Shown here one piece after another: positions 1-11,189 of a stretch of 64,000 nucleotides of DNA. The DNA lies in the NCBI RefSeq assembly GCF_009914755.1, contig NC_060925.1. The stretch is one strand, 5' to 3'. The position numbers and the translations under genes are program-made. Source of the DNA: the human T2T-CHM13v2.0 reference genome, Homo sapiens. Positions within the stretch are counted from its first letter, which is position 1, and each line of letters opens with the position of its first letter. Below the pieces are notes generated by a model that ran no database searches, was not told where the DNA came from, and saw only the letters and a program-made list of their open reading frames with translations.

Positions 1-127
1 CCCTCCCACTACACATGGGGATTATGGTGTGACTCTGCTTTAACCACTCATGAGGGCCATTTGTGAGGTCTACTAGAAACTATAATTCAAGATGAGATTT
101 GGGTAGGAACACAACCAAACCGTATCA
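1..127 (-). mobile_element. THE1-family (ERVL-MaLR) LTR, 5' end, cut by window edge; carries a ~49-bp foreign insert
   Basis: CCCTCCCAC..ACATGGGGATTATGG / AACTATAATTCAAGATGAGATTTGGGT..CCAAACCGTATCA is the reverse complement of the THE1 LTR start (TGATATGGTTTGG). Confidence 0.85.
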
Positions 128-184
128 ACCATCATCTTTTAACCAGTTCTGAGGAGTATATCTGCTTACTGAGGGCAGAGTGGG

Positions 185-345
185 CACAACTACTGTGCTC
201 ATAGGTTGGTACATAGATGTTATTTCAGACGATCTTCAAAACAGTCTTATATGTTATGAACTCTTAGTACTCTCATTTTACAGATGAAGAAACTGAGATT
301 TGGCTAGATTAAGTAACTAGCCCATGGTCAACAAGTAAATGATGA
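185..345 (-). mobile_element. MIR SINE fragment
   Basis: CATTTTACAGATGAAGAAACTGAG..TTAAGTAACTAGCCCATGGTCA, MIR core antisense. Confidence 0.75.
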
Positions 346-1689
346 GAGAAACTGAGTGAAGGTTTCTTGAGATCCCTCTGTATTATTTCTTACAACTGCT
401 TGTGAACCAACAACCATCTCAAAATAAAAGGTTTAATTTTTTTTTTTTAGAGGAAGCAATTGGCAGAGCAAGGATTCACACATAACCCTGTCTGATTCCA
501 ATGCCTGTACATTCTCAGTCACACCAGTGCTAAATTGGCATTGTGTTGCTGCTATCTGGCCTTTTTCTGAACCTTGCCTACTCAGACACTCTGAGTGACT
601 TTGTGGGAACTTTGCTAACTCCTGGCGAGCTGTCCTCCATGGTGTGACTCTGCTTAAACCTCTCGCAAAGGCCATTTGCCAGGTCCACTAGGAGTGGCGG
701 AGGGGCAGCCTGCCGGTTTTGGTGCCAAGGAGGAGCAGAGTAAAGGAGGTAAGAGTCAGTGGGCATTTTGCCTGACTGAGGACTCTGGGATTGGACCCTC
801 AATAGATATGCAAATTGAATTCTGTGTAATTTGTGCTTTTCAATAACCTCAGCATGTGTTGGATGTGTACAAAAAGAGCCGTAAAATAAAATTGCAGACA
901 AAGGGGGGAGTCAGAACATAGAAAGGGGAAGAATCAGTTTATTCCACAAGCCAAACAATGGGTCATAATAAATTCGCCAGCCATTAGCTCTTTGGTTGCA
1001 TGGAACAAAGAGATTGAAATGAAATGGGAGAAAAAAAGAATCACAGTTAACTGTTAGGTGGCTGGCCTGCTTCCATTTGGCCAACCAGACAGATCACAGG
1101 ATGGGCCAGGGAGCTGCCCAGGGGCATCTGCTACCTCCATGGGGCAGCTCCCACTGGTTTGCAACCCAGCCATGGCTCTTCCATATGTTTAGGTGTCATC
1201 AGGGCAGTTTTTCATTAGGAAAAGCATGCAATAAAAAGATGCAGTTGTGTTTTAATCAGCCATCAGTTAATCCATAGTTACATGTCCCCAAAAGAATGAT
1301 AAGATATGGTATAAAAGAAGAAATAAAGGGATCTAAAGTGAAAAACAGACAGAGGTGTGCAGAAAGAAAATAAAGGAGAAGCAGAGAGAAAGAAGAGAGA
1401 GAAATTGACAGAGATAATAATAACCAGAACTACTATTGCCAGTGCTGCCACTCCAACCAACAGTTTCATCATCATTTTTGAGTGTCAGCTGTGGCCTCAA
1501 ACCCAAAGAGTATGAACAGAGAATGCAGCCCTGGCAGAACAGATACCTGGCATCCCTCCACACACTCCTAGGAGCCCTGTGAAGATGGCTGTGAACCCAT
1601 CTTCTGGCCTGAGCATGTCTCAATCACTAAACTTCCCACATTCAATCTTAGTTACCTTTTCATCTGTTCATCCTCCTAATGTACTCCAA

Positions 1690-1875
1690 GGTCGTTGACA
1701 GCAGGATGTAGAGTTCACCTGCATATCCTAAATGCCAAGCATTGAGCCTGACCCATTTTAGGCACTCCAACAATATTTACAAAATGAATGAATGAGTTTT
1801 GCATGAATGGATGGATGGATCAATGAATGGATGGGTGGATGGCTGAATGAATAAATGAAGAAATGAATAAATGCC
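1690..1875 (+). mobile_element. L2 3' end with (TGAA/TGGA)n tail
   Basis: ..GCCTGAC..TAGGCACTCCAACAATATTTAC..AATGAATGAATG followed by TGGA/TGAA repeats. Confidence 0.65.
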
Positions 1876-2739
1876 AAGCTTGCTAATCTTCACACTAGGT
1901 CAGTGAGTTAGCTGTTATTGATCCCATTTACAAATGAAAAAAATAATGCCTAGAGAAAGTCAAGTCTTGACTCTTTATCCTGTAAAATAGCATCACTCAA
2001 AGAAGACTCATATCCTGAGAAACAGAGGAGAACAAGGTTGGGAGAAGTTTAGGGAGCAAATGGATGCAGAAGAAGAAGAGAATGAGAGAAAAAAAGGTGC
2101 AGTAAAAATTGGGACAGAGCTAAAAAGGGGGTTCTCCTTGGTGCCTTTATAGCAGAGGACAAGGCTTTGGCTTTGTTTGAAAAGCGAGTAATAAAGTCTG
2201 GGGTGAGCATAAGCCAGAAATGTATGACATCATATTAGCATAGAATCAGGAGTTTAAGATAGACTCCTAAATCCTATTTGGCTCTGACAGCAGGTGGACT
2301 GTTGTTGGGGATTTGCAAACTGGCCAAAATCATCCCTGGTAGTCCTAATGCGAAGTGAAGGTCAACAGAGATTTGATAAATAAACAGAAGTGCTCAGAGA
2401 TTCTAGTGTCTGCATTAAAAAGAGGAAAGCAGTGCAGCAGCTTTGCTTGGGTGATGCTGAAACAATCGCCCTCTTAAAGACATAAGCCCCATGGACCCTG
2501 GTTGCCATAATTTTCAGAGTAATATGATTTTTGACAAATTCATTAAGCAATAGGACATGACAGACTGTAAATTGCTCCCTGTTAATTTATGTCCACTATA
2601 TTGTTAGGCATCCAGCCAAAGCTTGGTTCTGTCTGAGAGCAAAGATATAAATTGCCGTTGTGTAACCACAGACTGGAATGCTTTGTGAGGATCAGAGAAT
2701 GATCAAATCACAGAACCCTCAACTCATAGGAGAATTCAA

Positions 2740-3230
2740 TTTCTTACTCAGATAGTAACTTCCATTGAGTGTCCATTGTGGAACAGCCACTGCCCTTGAG
2801 GAGAATTAATCAGGATTTCAGGAATGCACATGGGTTGTTCTACAAAGTGATAACCCCTGCACTAAAGGTAAAAAGTCATTTCTTACAGAGCACAGGAAAA
2901 AACAGTCATCAGTTTTAGAGAAGTAGTGATGAAGGGAGGGGATCAGGGAAGGCTTCAGAGAGAAGATGGTTTTTGAATTGGGTCCTAAAATAATCGCAGA
3001 CATTCCTCACATGAAGAAGCATGGAAGTTCACTATAGGAATAACCCACAGAGGCATGGAGGCATGGTGTGTTTAAAGAGCTTGAGCAATTTGGTACAACT
3101 GTAGCTCAGGGTAAAAGAAAGAGAATCAGCAGCATGTTTTATGGCAAAAGAGTAAGTTTGCATCAAACTGGGAAGGCTTCAACCCCATGCTAAATGTCTA
3201 GGAGTTTATTCAATAGTTCCCTTCTCTGCA
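2740..3230 (-). mobile_element. L2 fragment
   Basis: ATCAGGGAAGGCTTCAGAGAGAAGATGGTTTTTGAATTGGGTCCT..GGCATGGTGTGTTT, typical antisense L2. Confidence 0.6.
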
Positions 3231-4364
3231 TCTCCATTCAGGCAATTATTGTCACACTGGGAGACTGAAGGCTCCCAGCAAAAACAATGGTCTGGATGAA
3301 CCATTATTTATCAAGGGGGATATAAACCCTGAGGCTGGTGTGCTATTCTGATCATTTAGGCAACAATAATGAAAAGAACAATGGTCAATCTATGTTGATC
3401 ACCATTGTCAGGGTCACTCCTAGAGAGACATTTGGCTCAGGCTGGAGCACTGCAACCTCTGCAGGGCTACTTTTATTGGGGAGGTTAGAAGGCCTATTGC
3501 CTCATAATCCAACAAAGGAGAAAGGTCTTCTCCTTTCCCTCTAAGCATGTAAGGAGAGACAAGAGGAAGACTTGGGTTTTGGATAACATAAATGTCCATG
3601 CCATCAGCCCTTGTCCCTAATCATTAAGCACAGCCCTTTCCACAAACCCCTGAACTGAATCAGCAGATTCAACTCCATGAACTTGATTCCTCTTTAGGTT
3701 TTCACCAGGCATATCTAAGGAAATTAAAAGAAAGGGGAAGAAAGTGTGGCAACTGCTTCCTAACCTGGCATAGCAAAATCAAGAGACTTGATTTGCAAAA
3801 GGAACCAGGACACCTGGATTTTATTCTACCCTCTCACTCACCAGCCCCATGGCCTTGAACAAAGACTAAAATGAGATGATGCCTGTGAAAATATCTGGCA
3901 CGGAGTAGGCCTTCAAAAGATGCTATTGAATCTCAATCTATAGTCAGCTAGTATTGATCTTAAGAAATCAACAAAGTCCATACAGGAAATGCCCAATACA
4001 TTGGAAAAAGGCTGCAGATCCAAGAATAAGCTCAATGAAATCATCAACATAATCTCCGAGGATTGTAAGAGTTTCTTTGTACTTTGTTCAGTTATTTTCA
4101 GCCACTGGAGACCTACTATCAGGTCCCATTTTATGCTGATATTGTTCACGAAGTTGGCATGCTTTACTGGTCTTCTTCAATCTACACACAGGGAGACAAA
4201 TCCCAAGAGGTTGGGGGAAGTTTTGTTTCATGTGAATCTAGCTATGATATGAAACGCATTGAGTCCTTGGGGATTCCTGACATGATTTAGACGTTCTTTG
4301 CCTGCCCACTGCAGGAGGCTTTACAGAAAAGGCATTCTGTCATCTCAGTAACTAATGGGAAGCA

Positions 4365-4600
4365 GATGAGTGGTAGAAAGAATTCTGGTTTTGATCTCAG
4401 GAGGCCTGAATTTGGAAGCTCAGCCCTGTCACCTGGGAGACCTTGGACATATTAGCTTTTCTGAGACTCAGTCTGCTTGTCTAAAATGTAAATAATGGAA
4501 TCTACTATTTGGGGTTATTTCTTGACCCAAATGATATAACTTATGTGAAAGCACTTTATAAATCTGAAGTGCCAACAATTGTGAGTGTTATAACTCTCAT
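4365..4600 (+). mobile_element. MIR SINE
   Basis: GACCTTGGAC..TTTCTGAGACTCAGT..GTCTAAAATG..ATGTGAAAGCACTTT. Confidence 0.65.
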
Positions 4601-4689
4601 CATGATTATTTATGGTGATGTAGTGTATAGGCTTTGCTGTCAGTTAAATCTTTCAGTCCTCATGTCCCTATTACCCCTTGGCTACTGTC

Positions 4690-5060
4690 TCTATTACTCA
4701 GGAGCACAGCAGGAGACACAATTCATTCCCAGATGGTTCAAATGGGGAGACTTGAATGAAGCCTCTACTTAGAGAGGTGCAAGTGAAAAACCAAAAGACC
4801 AGCAACAGCTGGAAGGATTACTACCCCCTATGGCTAAAGGGACAAATGAAGGAAAAGCTTCTACCAGAGCTCTGTGAAGACAAGCACCCTGAAGGAGAAC
4901 AGGCTACCCGGAGGGATGCAGCTATTACCAGATGTGGGACACTGCTACACAGGAGACATCTCTCTCCTGCCCACCAATCTCCCATTGGTTGAACCCAATC
5001 AGAAGGCAACTCACAAGGGATTCCAATGATATAATTCACAAGATCCAATTCTCAAAGACA
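4690..5060. mobile_element. old MLT1-type (MaLR) LTR fragment
   Basis: CAGCAGGAGACACAATTCATTCCCAGATGG..CCCATTGGTTGAACCCAATCAGAAG resembles old MLT1 LTRs. Confidence 0.45.
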
Positions 5061-5069
5061 CAAACTTTT

Positions 5070-5303
5070 AGGGTCCTTTGTTAGAGTAAAACTCCAGAAA
5101 AGGAGTTGTACAGCAAAATAAACCTTAGATCACAACCAAATTGGGGGACATCAGGGATTCTCTGGATGGGGGAGCTCCCAGGCCTCAGCAAATTGTCCTA
5201 TTGGTTTGAGCAATAAAGATTGCTCAAGCTGGTTCCAAGCACCAAGAGGAGATTTGTCAAGGTCAGAGGCACCTCAATTCAGAATCCCTTCATCATTGCC
5301 AAT
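5070..5303 (-). mobile_element. MER4-group ERV1 internal (leader) fragment
   Basis: Follows the LTR directly on the minus strand; begins with degenerate PBS-like TGGCAATGATGAAGGGA. Confidence 0.6.
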
Positions 5304-5985
5304 TGTAAACAAAAAAACATCTAAGCCAAGTCTCAATCAATTTAGAAGGCTTATTTTGCCAAGGTTAAGGATGTGCCTGTGACACAACCTCAAGAGGTCC
5401 TGATGACATGTGCCCAAAGGGATTAGGGTACAGTTTGATTTTATACATTTTAGGGCGACATGAGATGTCAATCAACACATGTAAGATGTGCATTGGTTTG
5501 GTCCAGAAAGACGGGACAACTTGAAGTGGGGGCATGCAGGTCATAGGTAGATTTAAAGATTTTCTTTATTATTATTATTATTTCAATACTTTCTGGAGAA
5601 CAGGTGGTGTTTGGTTACATGGATAAGTTCTTTAATGGTGATTTCTAGATTTAAAGATTTTCTGATTGGAAATTGATTGAAAGAGTCATTATCAAAGAAT
5701 GTCTGGGTTACAATAATGGATTGTGGAGACCAAGGTTTTATAATGCAGATGAAGCTCCAGGTAACAGACTTCAGAGAGAATAGCCTGTAAATGTTTCTTA
5801 TCTGACTTAAAGAATCTGTTCTATCAGTAATTCCAAAAGGACTGAGGGTATAATGAGGCATTTCAGGCTCCCCCTTCCCATCGCAGCCTAAACTACTTTT
5901 TTAGGTTAACTTTGGAATGCCCTTGGTCGAGAGGAGGGGTCTATTCAGATGGTTGGGGGTCTTAGCATTTTATTTTTGGTTTACA
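5304..5985 (-). mobile_element. MER4-family ERV1 LTR
   Basis: TGTAAAC...GTTTACA termini; minus strand starts TGTAAACCAAAAATAAAATGCTAAGACCCCCAACCATCTGAA, the MER4 signature. Confidence 0.85.
5566..5645 (-). mobile_element. 80-bp 5'-truncated L1PB 3' end inside the MER4 LTR
   Basis: Reverse complement GAAATCACCATTAAAGAACTTATCCATGTAACCAAACACCACCTGTTC plus (TAA)n tail; perfect 18-bp TSD TAGATTTAAAGATTTTCT (5548-5565, 5646-5663). Confidence 0.9.
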
Positions 5986-5991
5986 CTTTCT

Positions 5992-6276
5992 TTTTTTTTT
6001 TGAGACAGTTTCACTCTGTCGCCCAGGCTGGAGTGCAGTGGTGCGATCTCAGCTCACCGCTAGCTCTGCCTCCCCGGTTTATGCCATTCTCCTGCCTCAG
6101 CCTCCTGAGTAGCTGTGACTACAGGTGCCCACCACCACGCCCAGCTAATTTTTGTATTTTAGTAGAGACGGGGTTTCACCATGTTAGCCAGGATGGTCTC
6201 AATCTCCTGACCTCGTGATCCATCCTCCTCGGCCTCCCAAAGTACTAGGATTACAGGCATGAGCCACCATGCCTGA
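5992..6276 (-). mobile_element. Alu (AluY/Sc-like)
   Basis: Dimeric Alu with poly-T; CCTCGTGATCC and GTTAGCCAGGATGG diagnostics; TSD GGTTTACACTTTCT (5978-5991, 6279-6292). Confidence 0.95.
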
Positions 6277-6332
6277 TGGGTTTACACTTTCTGTATTGTG
6301 CTTTTCATTGTGCTCTTCATATCAGCATCACC

Positions 6333-6560
6333 AGTGGTTACAAGCAGGAGTCTGAGCCATATAGATCTGTGTTCAAATCTGCCACATATGATTTTAGGTA
6401 AATTGACTTAATCTCTCAGAACCTGTTTTCTCACCTGAAAAGGGGAGCCTATAAGAGCACCAATTTCATAGGATAATGTAAATATCAAAGCTGTAATACC
6501 TTTCAAGCACTTTCCAATGTGCATAATAAGCACTCTGTAAATAAGAATGTTGCTGCTTGA
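6333..6560 (+). mobile_element. MIR SINE
   Basis: AGTGGTTACAAGCAGGAGTCTGAGCC..GTTCAAATC..ACTTAATCTCTCAGAACCTGTTTTCTCACCTG. Confidence 0.7.
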
Positions 6561-6639
6561 CTTCTCACAGACCCACTTTTTACTGCTTACCCCCACCCCA
6601 CAAACCTCCACACCGGAAATCCTTTTCCATGGAGATCTC

Positions 6640-7630
6640 ACCTTCTCACATCTTTAACCTGTTTGATAATTCCACCTTTTTTTCTAACTGAAAACTTGAT
6701 CTCTCTGGTAGACTTCTATTTCTTTTTTACTTAACTTCTCAGTAGCATTTATACTATTGCTTATTCCCTCCCTTTAAAAAGGCTTTCTTCCCTTGGCTTC
6801 TGTGTGGTTATCTCCTAGGTTTCAGGTTGCTTGGATAGACCATGTTAAAACTGAATTTATTTTATTTCCTGCAAAACATGCTCATTTCCTCTTACTTTAA
6901 TTAATGACACCCTCATCATTCAATTGCATAACCTTCGATGTCTTACCTCTTTCTCATTCCTTACATTCAATAGGTCATAGGGCTTTGTATGCATTAAATC
7001 TCTAAAACATATCTAGAATCCATCTACTTTTCTCTATCCCTAATACCACTGTGTTTATGGAGCCATCTCCATTTCTTGCCAGCTTTATAGCAATAACTTC
7101 CTAAATGGTCTCAGTCCCTCTTATCTTGTATTCTTTACCCATTCTTCACATCGTAATCGGAAAGGTGGTTCTAAAGAAAACATTTTCTCCTACCACTACC
7201 CTTATTTAAAACTCCCCAGTGACTCTCCATTACCCTTATTAGAAAGCCCAGTCTCATAATTGCTAGCAAGATCCTCTATGACCTAACCCCTGCTAATACT
7301 AGATACTCATCTAGGCACACCCCTTTATCTCACTCAACCCCAGTGATAACAAATGACTTGAAAATCCCCCAACACTTTAACTTTCTCTCTTCTCTGAGTG
7401 GTGTATATGCTAGCCAAGATCCTCCACCCACAAACTTAGCTAATTCTCACTTTGCCCTTTGCACCTCATTTTAAATGCCATTTCCTCCAGTAACTTTTCC
7501 TGACCCTGAAAGCCCTCCTAGGTATACCAACATAGCCTTAAAGTGTTAATTCAATGAAGGCAGAAATCATACTGATCTTTGATTATATCTTTAAACATTG
7601 GTGCCTAGCACTGGGTACTTTTGAATGAGG
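6640..7630 (+). mobile_element. L2 long fragment
   Basis: CTTTCTTCCCTTGGCTTCTGTG, CATCTACTTTTCTCTATCCC, CTTCCTAAATGGTCTC, ..GTGCCTAGCAC: L2 ORF2/3' motifs in order. Confidence 0.7.
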
Positions 7631-9074
7631 GAAGATTCAGCAGTGCAAGATCATCCCTGTCTGATCTCCAATTTCCCAAAAGCTCACAGTAGTAACTCTA
7701 GAATTGTCTCCTAACTAGAGTTAAAATTTAGGGGGATCAAGCATGGTCTTGATCTTGAGCCAGTTATGCTTAAGATACAACTCACCATTTTTGATACATC
7801 AATTCACAAAGAACCTCTGGAACCCTGTTCATGTTCACATAGCAGTAGAGGGTCAATCAATGTGAAATGAAATGGCACATACTTTCAAAGAGGCCTATGT
7901 AAGTGCAAAGTTGATTGTGATCTGCTTCTTGCATTTGTTTTTTCTGAGTGTTCTACAGCAGTTTCTCATCTTAGGAAAGTCCTTCAGGCTAGTTCATTGA
8001 TGGATCTACTTAAGTGCATAAGTTTTGCCACTAGACCAAATCATAAATGTCAATCTTTCTCTCTGTAACACAACTCTTCAGCCACAAAGCACAGTACTGA
8101 ATGTTTTGGCACACATACTACAAAAAAGTCATTCATTGTCCTTTGCTTTCTTTAGTTTTCACTGTTAACTCCTAGCTAAGCTTCCTTATGTCATGAGAAG
8201 TAATTCTACTAAATAAAACCTGGTTATACATTAAGAAGACATCTTTTTAACAAGGAAAACTCTTCAGTTTCAGAGTTAAGCTTTAACAAGTTTTATAAAC
8301 AAGAGACTTCAATGAACACATGCTGGGTAACAGATTTCTATAAATCTGTAAACTAACAGAGAAAAGATAGTTTATCTCTAAGGCACCACATAGCAGCACA
8401 CAGAGAGATGAAGCCCTAATATAATCTAAAGAAAATGTGGCTATACACTAATTATTATCAATGATAAGTCATCAAAAGAATCCCTACTTTCTATTTCCAA
8501 ATCCCAGGCTGTTTCCAATACATTGCACTGTCTTCCTTCAGATAATGAAAAAGAAATAATTGTGATTCCTATACTCACTAAGTTAACAACTGAACATGCT
8601 TGCAATTGTCAGATTATGTCAGATACTATGTATAATGAATTTTGCAATACTAGGAATAGATACTGAAAGAATCAAGAAGAAATGGAGTTCAGAAAGCTTC
8701 CTGAAAAATTTTAAGAAAGTAAAATGGAGGGAAAAAGAAGAGGAAACCAAACATTAAAAATGCTTTATTAAGGCACTAGAGCCATGAGTATGTATACGTA
8801 TTCATGGGAAAGGTCAGAAATATGTGTGGTGAAAAGCAGTAGGAAATAAAGTTAGACATGTAGAGATGGTCCGCATTTTGAAAAGGAAAAGATAACATTA
8901 AAAATCCACGTCCAACTCAATGTTCTGCTTTAAGAGAAAACTGTCTTTAATTCAACTTAACTATCATCAAAATATGCTGCGTGGCTGCACACAAACCTTT
9001 GATGATTTTCAAAGCTTGGAATTAACTAAAATGACTTTATTTAGCATTTATTACCCACTTCTACAGGCACGCCT

Positions 9075-9260
9075 AGTAGTAAGCACTTTGAATACATTTT
9101 CACAGAGGATCTACACAAGAACCCTATGTGGTAGGTACAAATGTGCTTCCCTTTCCACAATGAAGAAACTCGGGCCAGAAACATTAAGACATATTTCCAA
9201 GTCAGAGTAGTTAAGCCAGGATTCAATGCAGGTCTTTCTCTATTCTAGAATCCACAACTT
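9075..9260 (-). mobile_element. MIR SINE
   Basis: ACCCTATGTGGTAGGTAC..ATGAAGAAACT..AGCCAGGATTCAA. Confidence 0.6.
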
Positions 9261-10519
9261 CAGCTTTCATAGAATTTACCCTCTCGTAACACTTTAAGGA
9301 TGATACAGGATTGTGTTTCTTAAACTTAACACTTGGCCCTTCTCCCCTCTAGCATCCTAAGGAAGCTGTTCACATAAAGAAAAATTAGAGAAAAGAAACC
9401 AAGGAAGTGATTGTCCAATTCAGAGTTTCTTTAATATGCTGGGATGACACATATGCCTGAGGCTGATAGATGTAAGATGGGCTTCCCACTTCTTCTGACT
9501 CTATCTAAGATGGTCAAATTGCAAAGCAGAATCAACGTGACATGTCCATCAAGATACTGAGAGAAAAGACCACGAGCCCACCTGTTTAGATCAGGTGCTG
9601 CGAGGACATGATGGAACAGCAAGAAGAGCTGAGTCCTTTGCCTTGAAGGAACTGTAATCCTGCCCACCAGAATTGTGGACACATCTGAGCAGAAAATCTT
9701 TCTCCCTTATCAACATAGAGGAATCCTGGAAGTGGGGGAAGGCAGTCTGAGGCACAACTTCACCTGAAGGCAAGATCAGAAACACGGGAGAAGAGGCAAG
9801 GAACCCCTGACTTCACCTCCCCCACCACACACACACAAACAATAAGTGTAAAACCGTACATTCAAATAGCTTCTGCAGTTCCCTAAGCATTGTAATATTT
9901 ATTATTTCACTTGAACTTCACAACAGCCCTTGAGGACAAAACCAAGACACAAAGAGGTTAAGTGACTTTCCCAAAATCAGATATCTAGTAAATTACCCAG
10001 CCAGCCTCCCTAATAACCTCATCTTTCTGAAGTCACTAGGACAAATCTTATCTCACCACTGAGTGTAGGGAGTGAAAAGGTCAGGCAGAGAGGAGTGTCA
10101 TGATTACAGTTCGGTTAGACCACTTAGACACATCCTTCCATTCCAGCATTTCCCCTAAGTCCTATTTCAAAATCTTAGATTATTTTTAAAAAGAAGAAGA
10201 AAGGATACATCATACAGGTCACATCTCTGAGTCCTATCTAAAATATAACTTAAAAAAATGAATTTATAAGTATTTCAATGGTTTTAGTCATTGAAATCAA
10301 CTCTTAAGAATAAATAATTATTCATGTGAAAAAACTATTTATTCATAGTTTCCAAGAATGTCTCTCTCAGAACAACTTTGTACAGTTTATGTAAATGGTA
10401 CCCCTGTAATAACCTGTATAACCTCTATAGTCACATTTATCTCCCTAGTCATACCATAGTACCTCAATCCCTGCACAATCTTTGAGTCAGTGAACCACAG
10501 AGTAATATATTATCCATTA

Positions 10520-10626
10520 ATTTATTTTAAAACAAATATTGAACACATACTATGTGCAAGCCCAATGCTAGGTTCTGGGAATGCAACAACAAACAAGACA
10601 CATTTTTTGCCATCAAAACTTCATAG
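10520..10626 (-). mobile_element. L2 3' end
   Basis: AACAAATATTGAACACATACTATGTGCAAGCCCAATGCTAGGTTCTGGGAAT. Confidence 0.65.
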
Positions 10627-10627
10627 T

Positions 10628-11114
10628 TTGCCTATGCTTTTGGTGTCAAGCCAAAAAAAAAATCATTGCCAAGACCAATGTTAATAAGCTTATTCTCTGT
10701 ATTTTCTTTTGGGAGTTTCATAATTTCAGGTCTTACGTGTAAGTCTTTAATCCGTTTTGAGTTGATTTTTGTGTATAATGTAAGATAAGGGCCCAATTTT
10801 TTTTTTTTGCATGTGGATATTCAGTTTTCTGATTACCATTTATGGAAGAGACCATCCTTTTCCCATTATTTATTCTTGGTGCCCTTGTCAAAGATTAATT
10901 AATGGTATATGCATAGGCTTATTTCTGTTCCATTGGCCTATGTGTCTGTTTTTAGCAAGTATTCTACTGTTTTGATTAACATACCTTGATAATATAGTTG
11001 GAAATCAGGAAATGTGATGCCTCTAGCTTTGTTTTTCTTTCTCAAGTTGGCTTTGGCTATTCAGAGTGTTTTGTGATTCCACATAAATTTTAGCATTGCT
11101 TTCTCTATTTCTGT
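10628..11114 (-). mobile_element. inverted 5' segment of an older L1MA/L1MB element (ORF2 3' region)
   Basis: Antisense L1 ORF2 sequence (TCTTTAATCCGTTTTGAGTTGATTTTTGTG, GGAAATGTGATGCCTCTAGCTTTG); its left end abuts in L1 coordinates the start of the sense segment at 11115. Confidence 0.85.
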
Positions 11115-11189
11115 ACTAAATAAGTAGGACTACGCCAAACTAAAAAGGTTCTGTACGGCAAGTGAAACAGTCAAAAAAATTAAAAGGCA
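11115..11189 (+). mobile_element. sense segment of the same older L1, split by the full-length L1MA
   Basis: GGACTACGCCAAACTAAAAAGGTTCTG..AAAATTAAAAGGCA continues in register at 18580 (ACCTACAGAATGGGAGAAAA). Confidence 0.8.

Noticed and set aside
683-700. CTCF-like CCACTAGGAGTGGC
   Set aside because: Core spacing does not fit CCAC/GYAGRKGGC; too weak to call.
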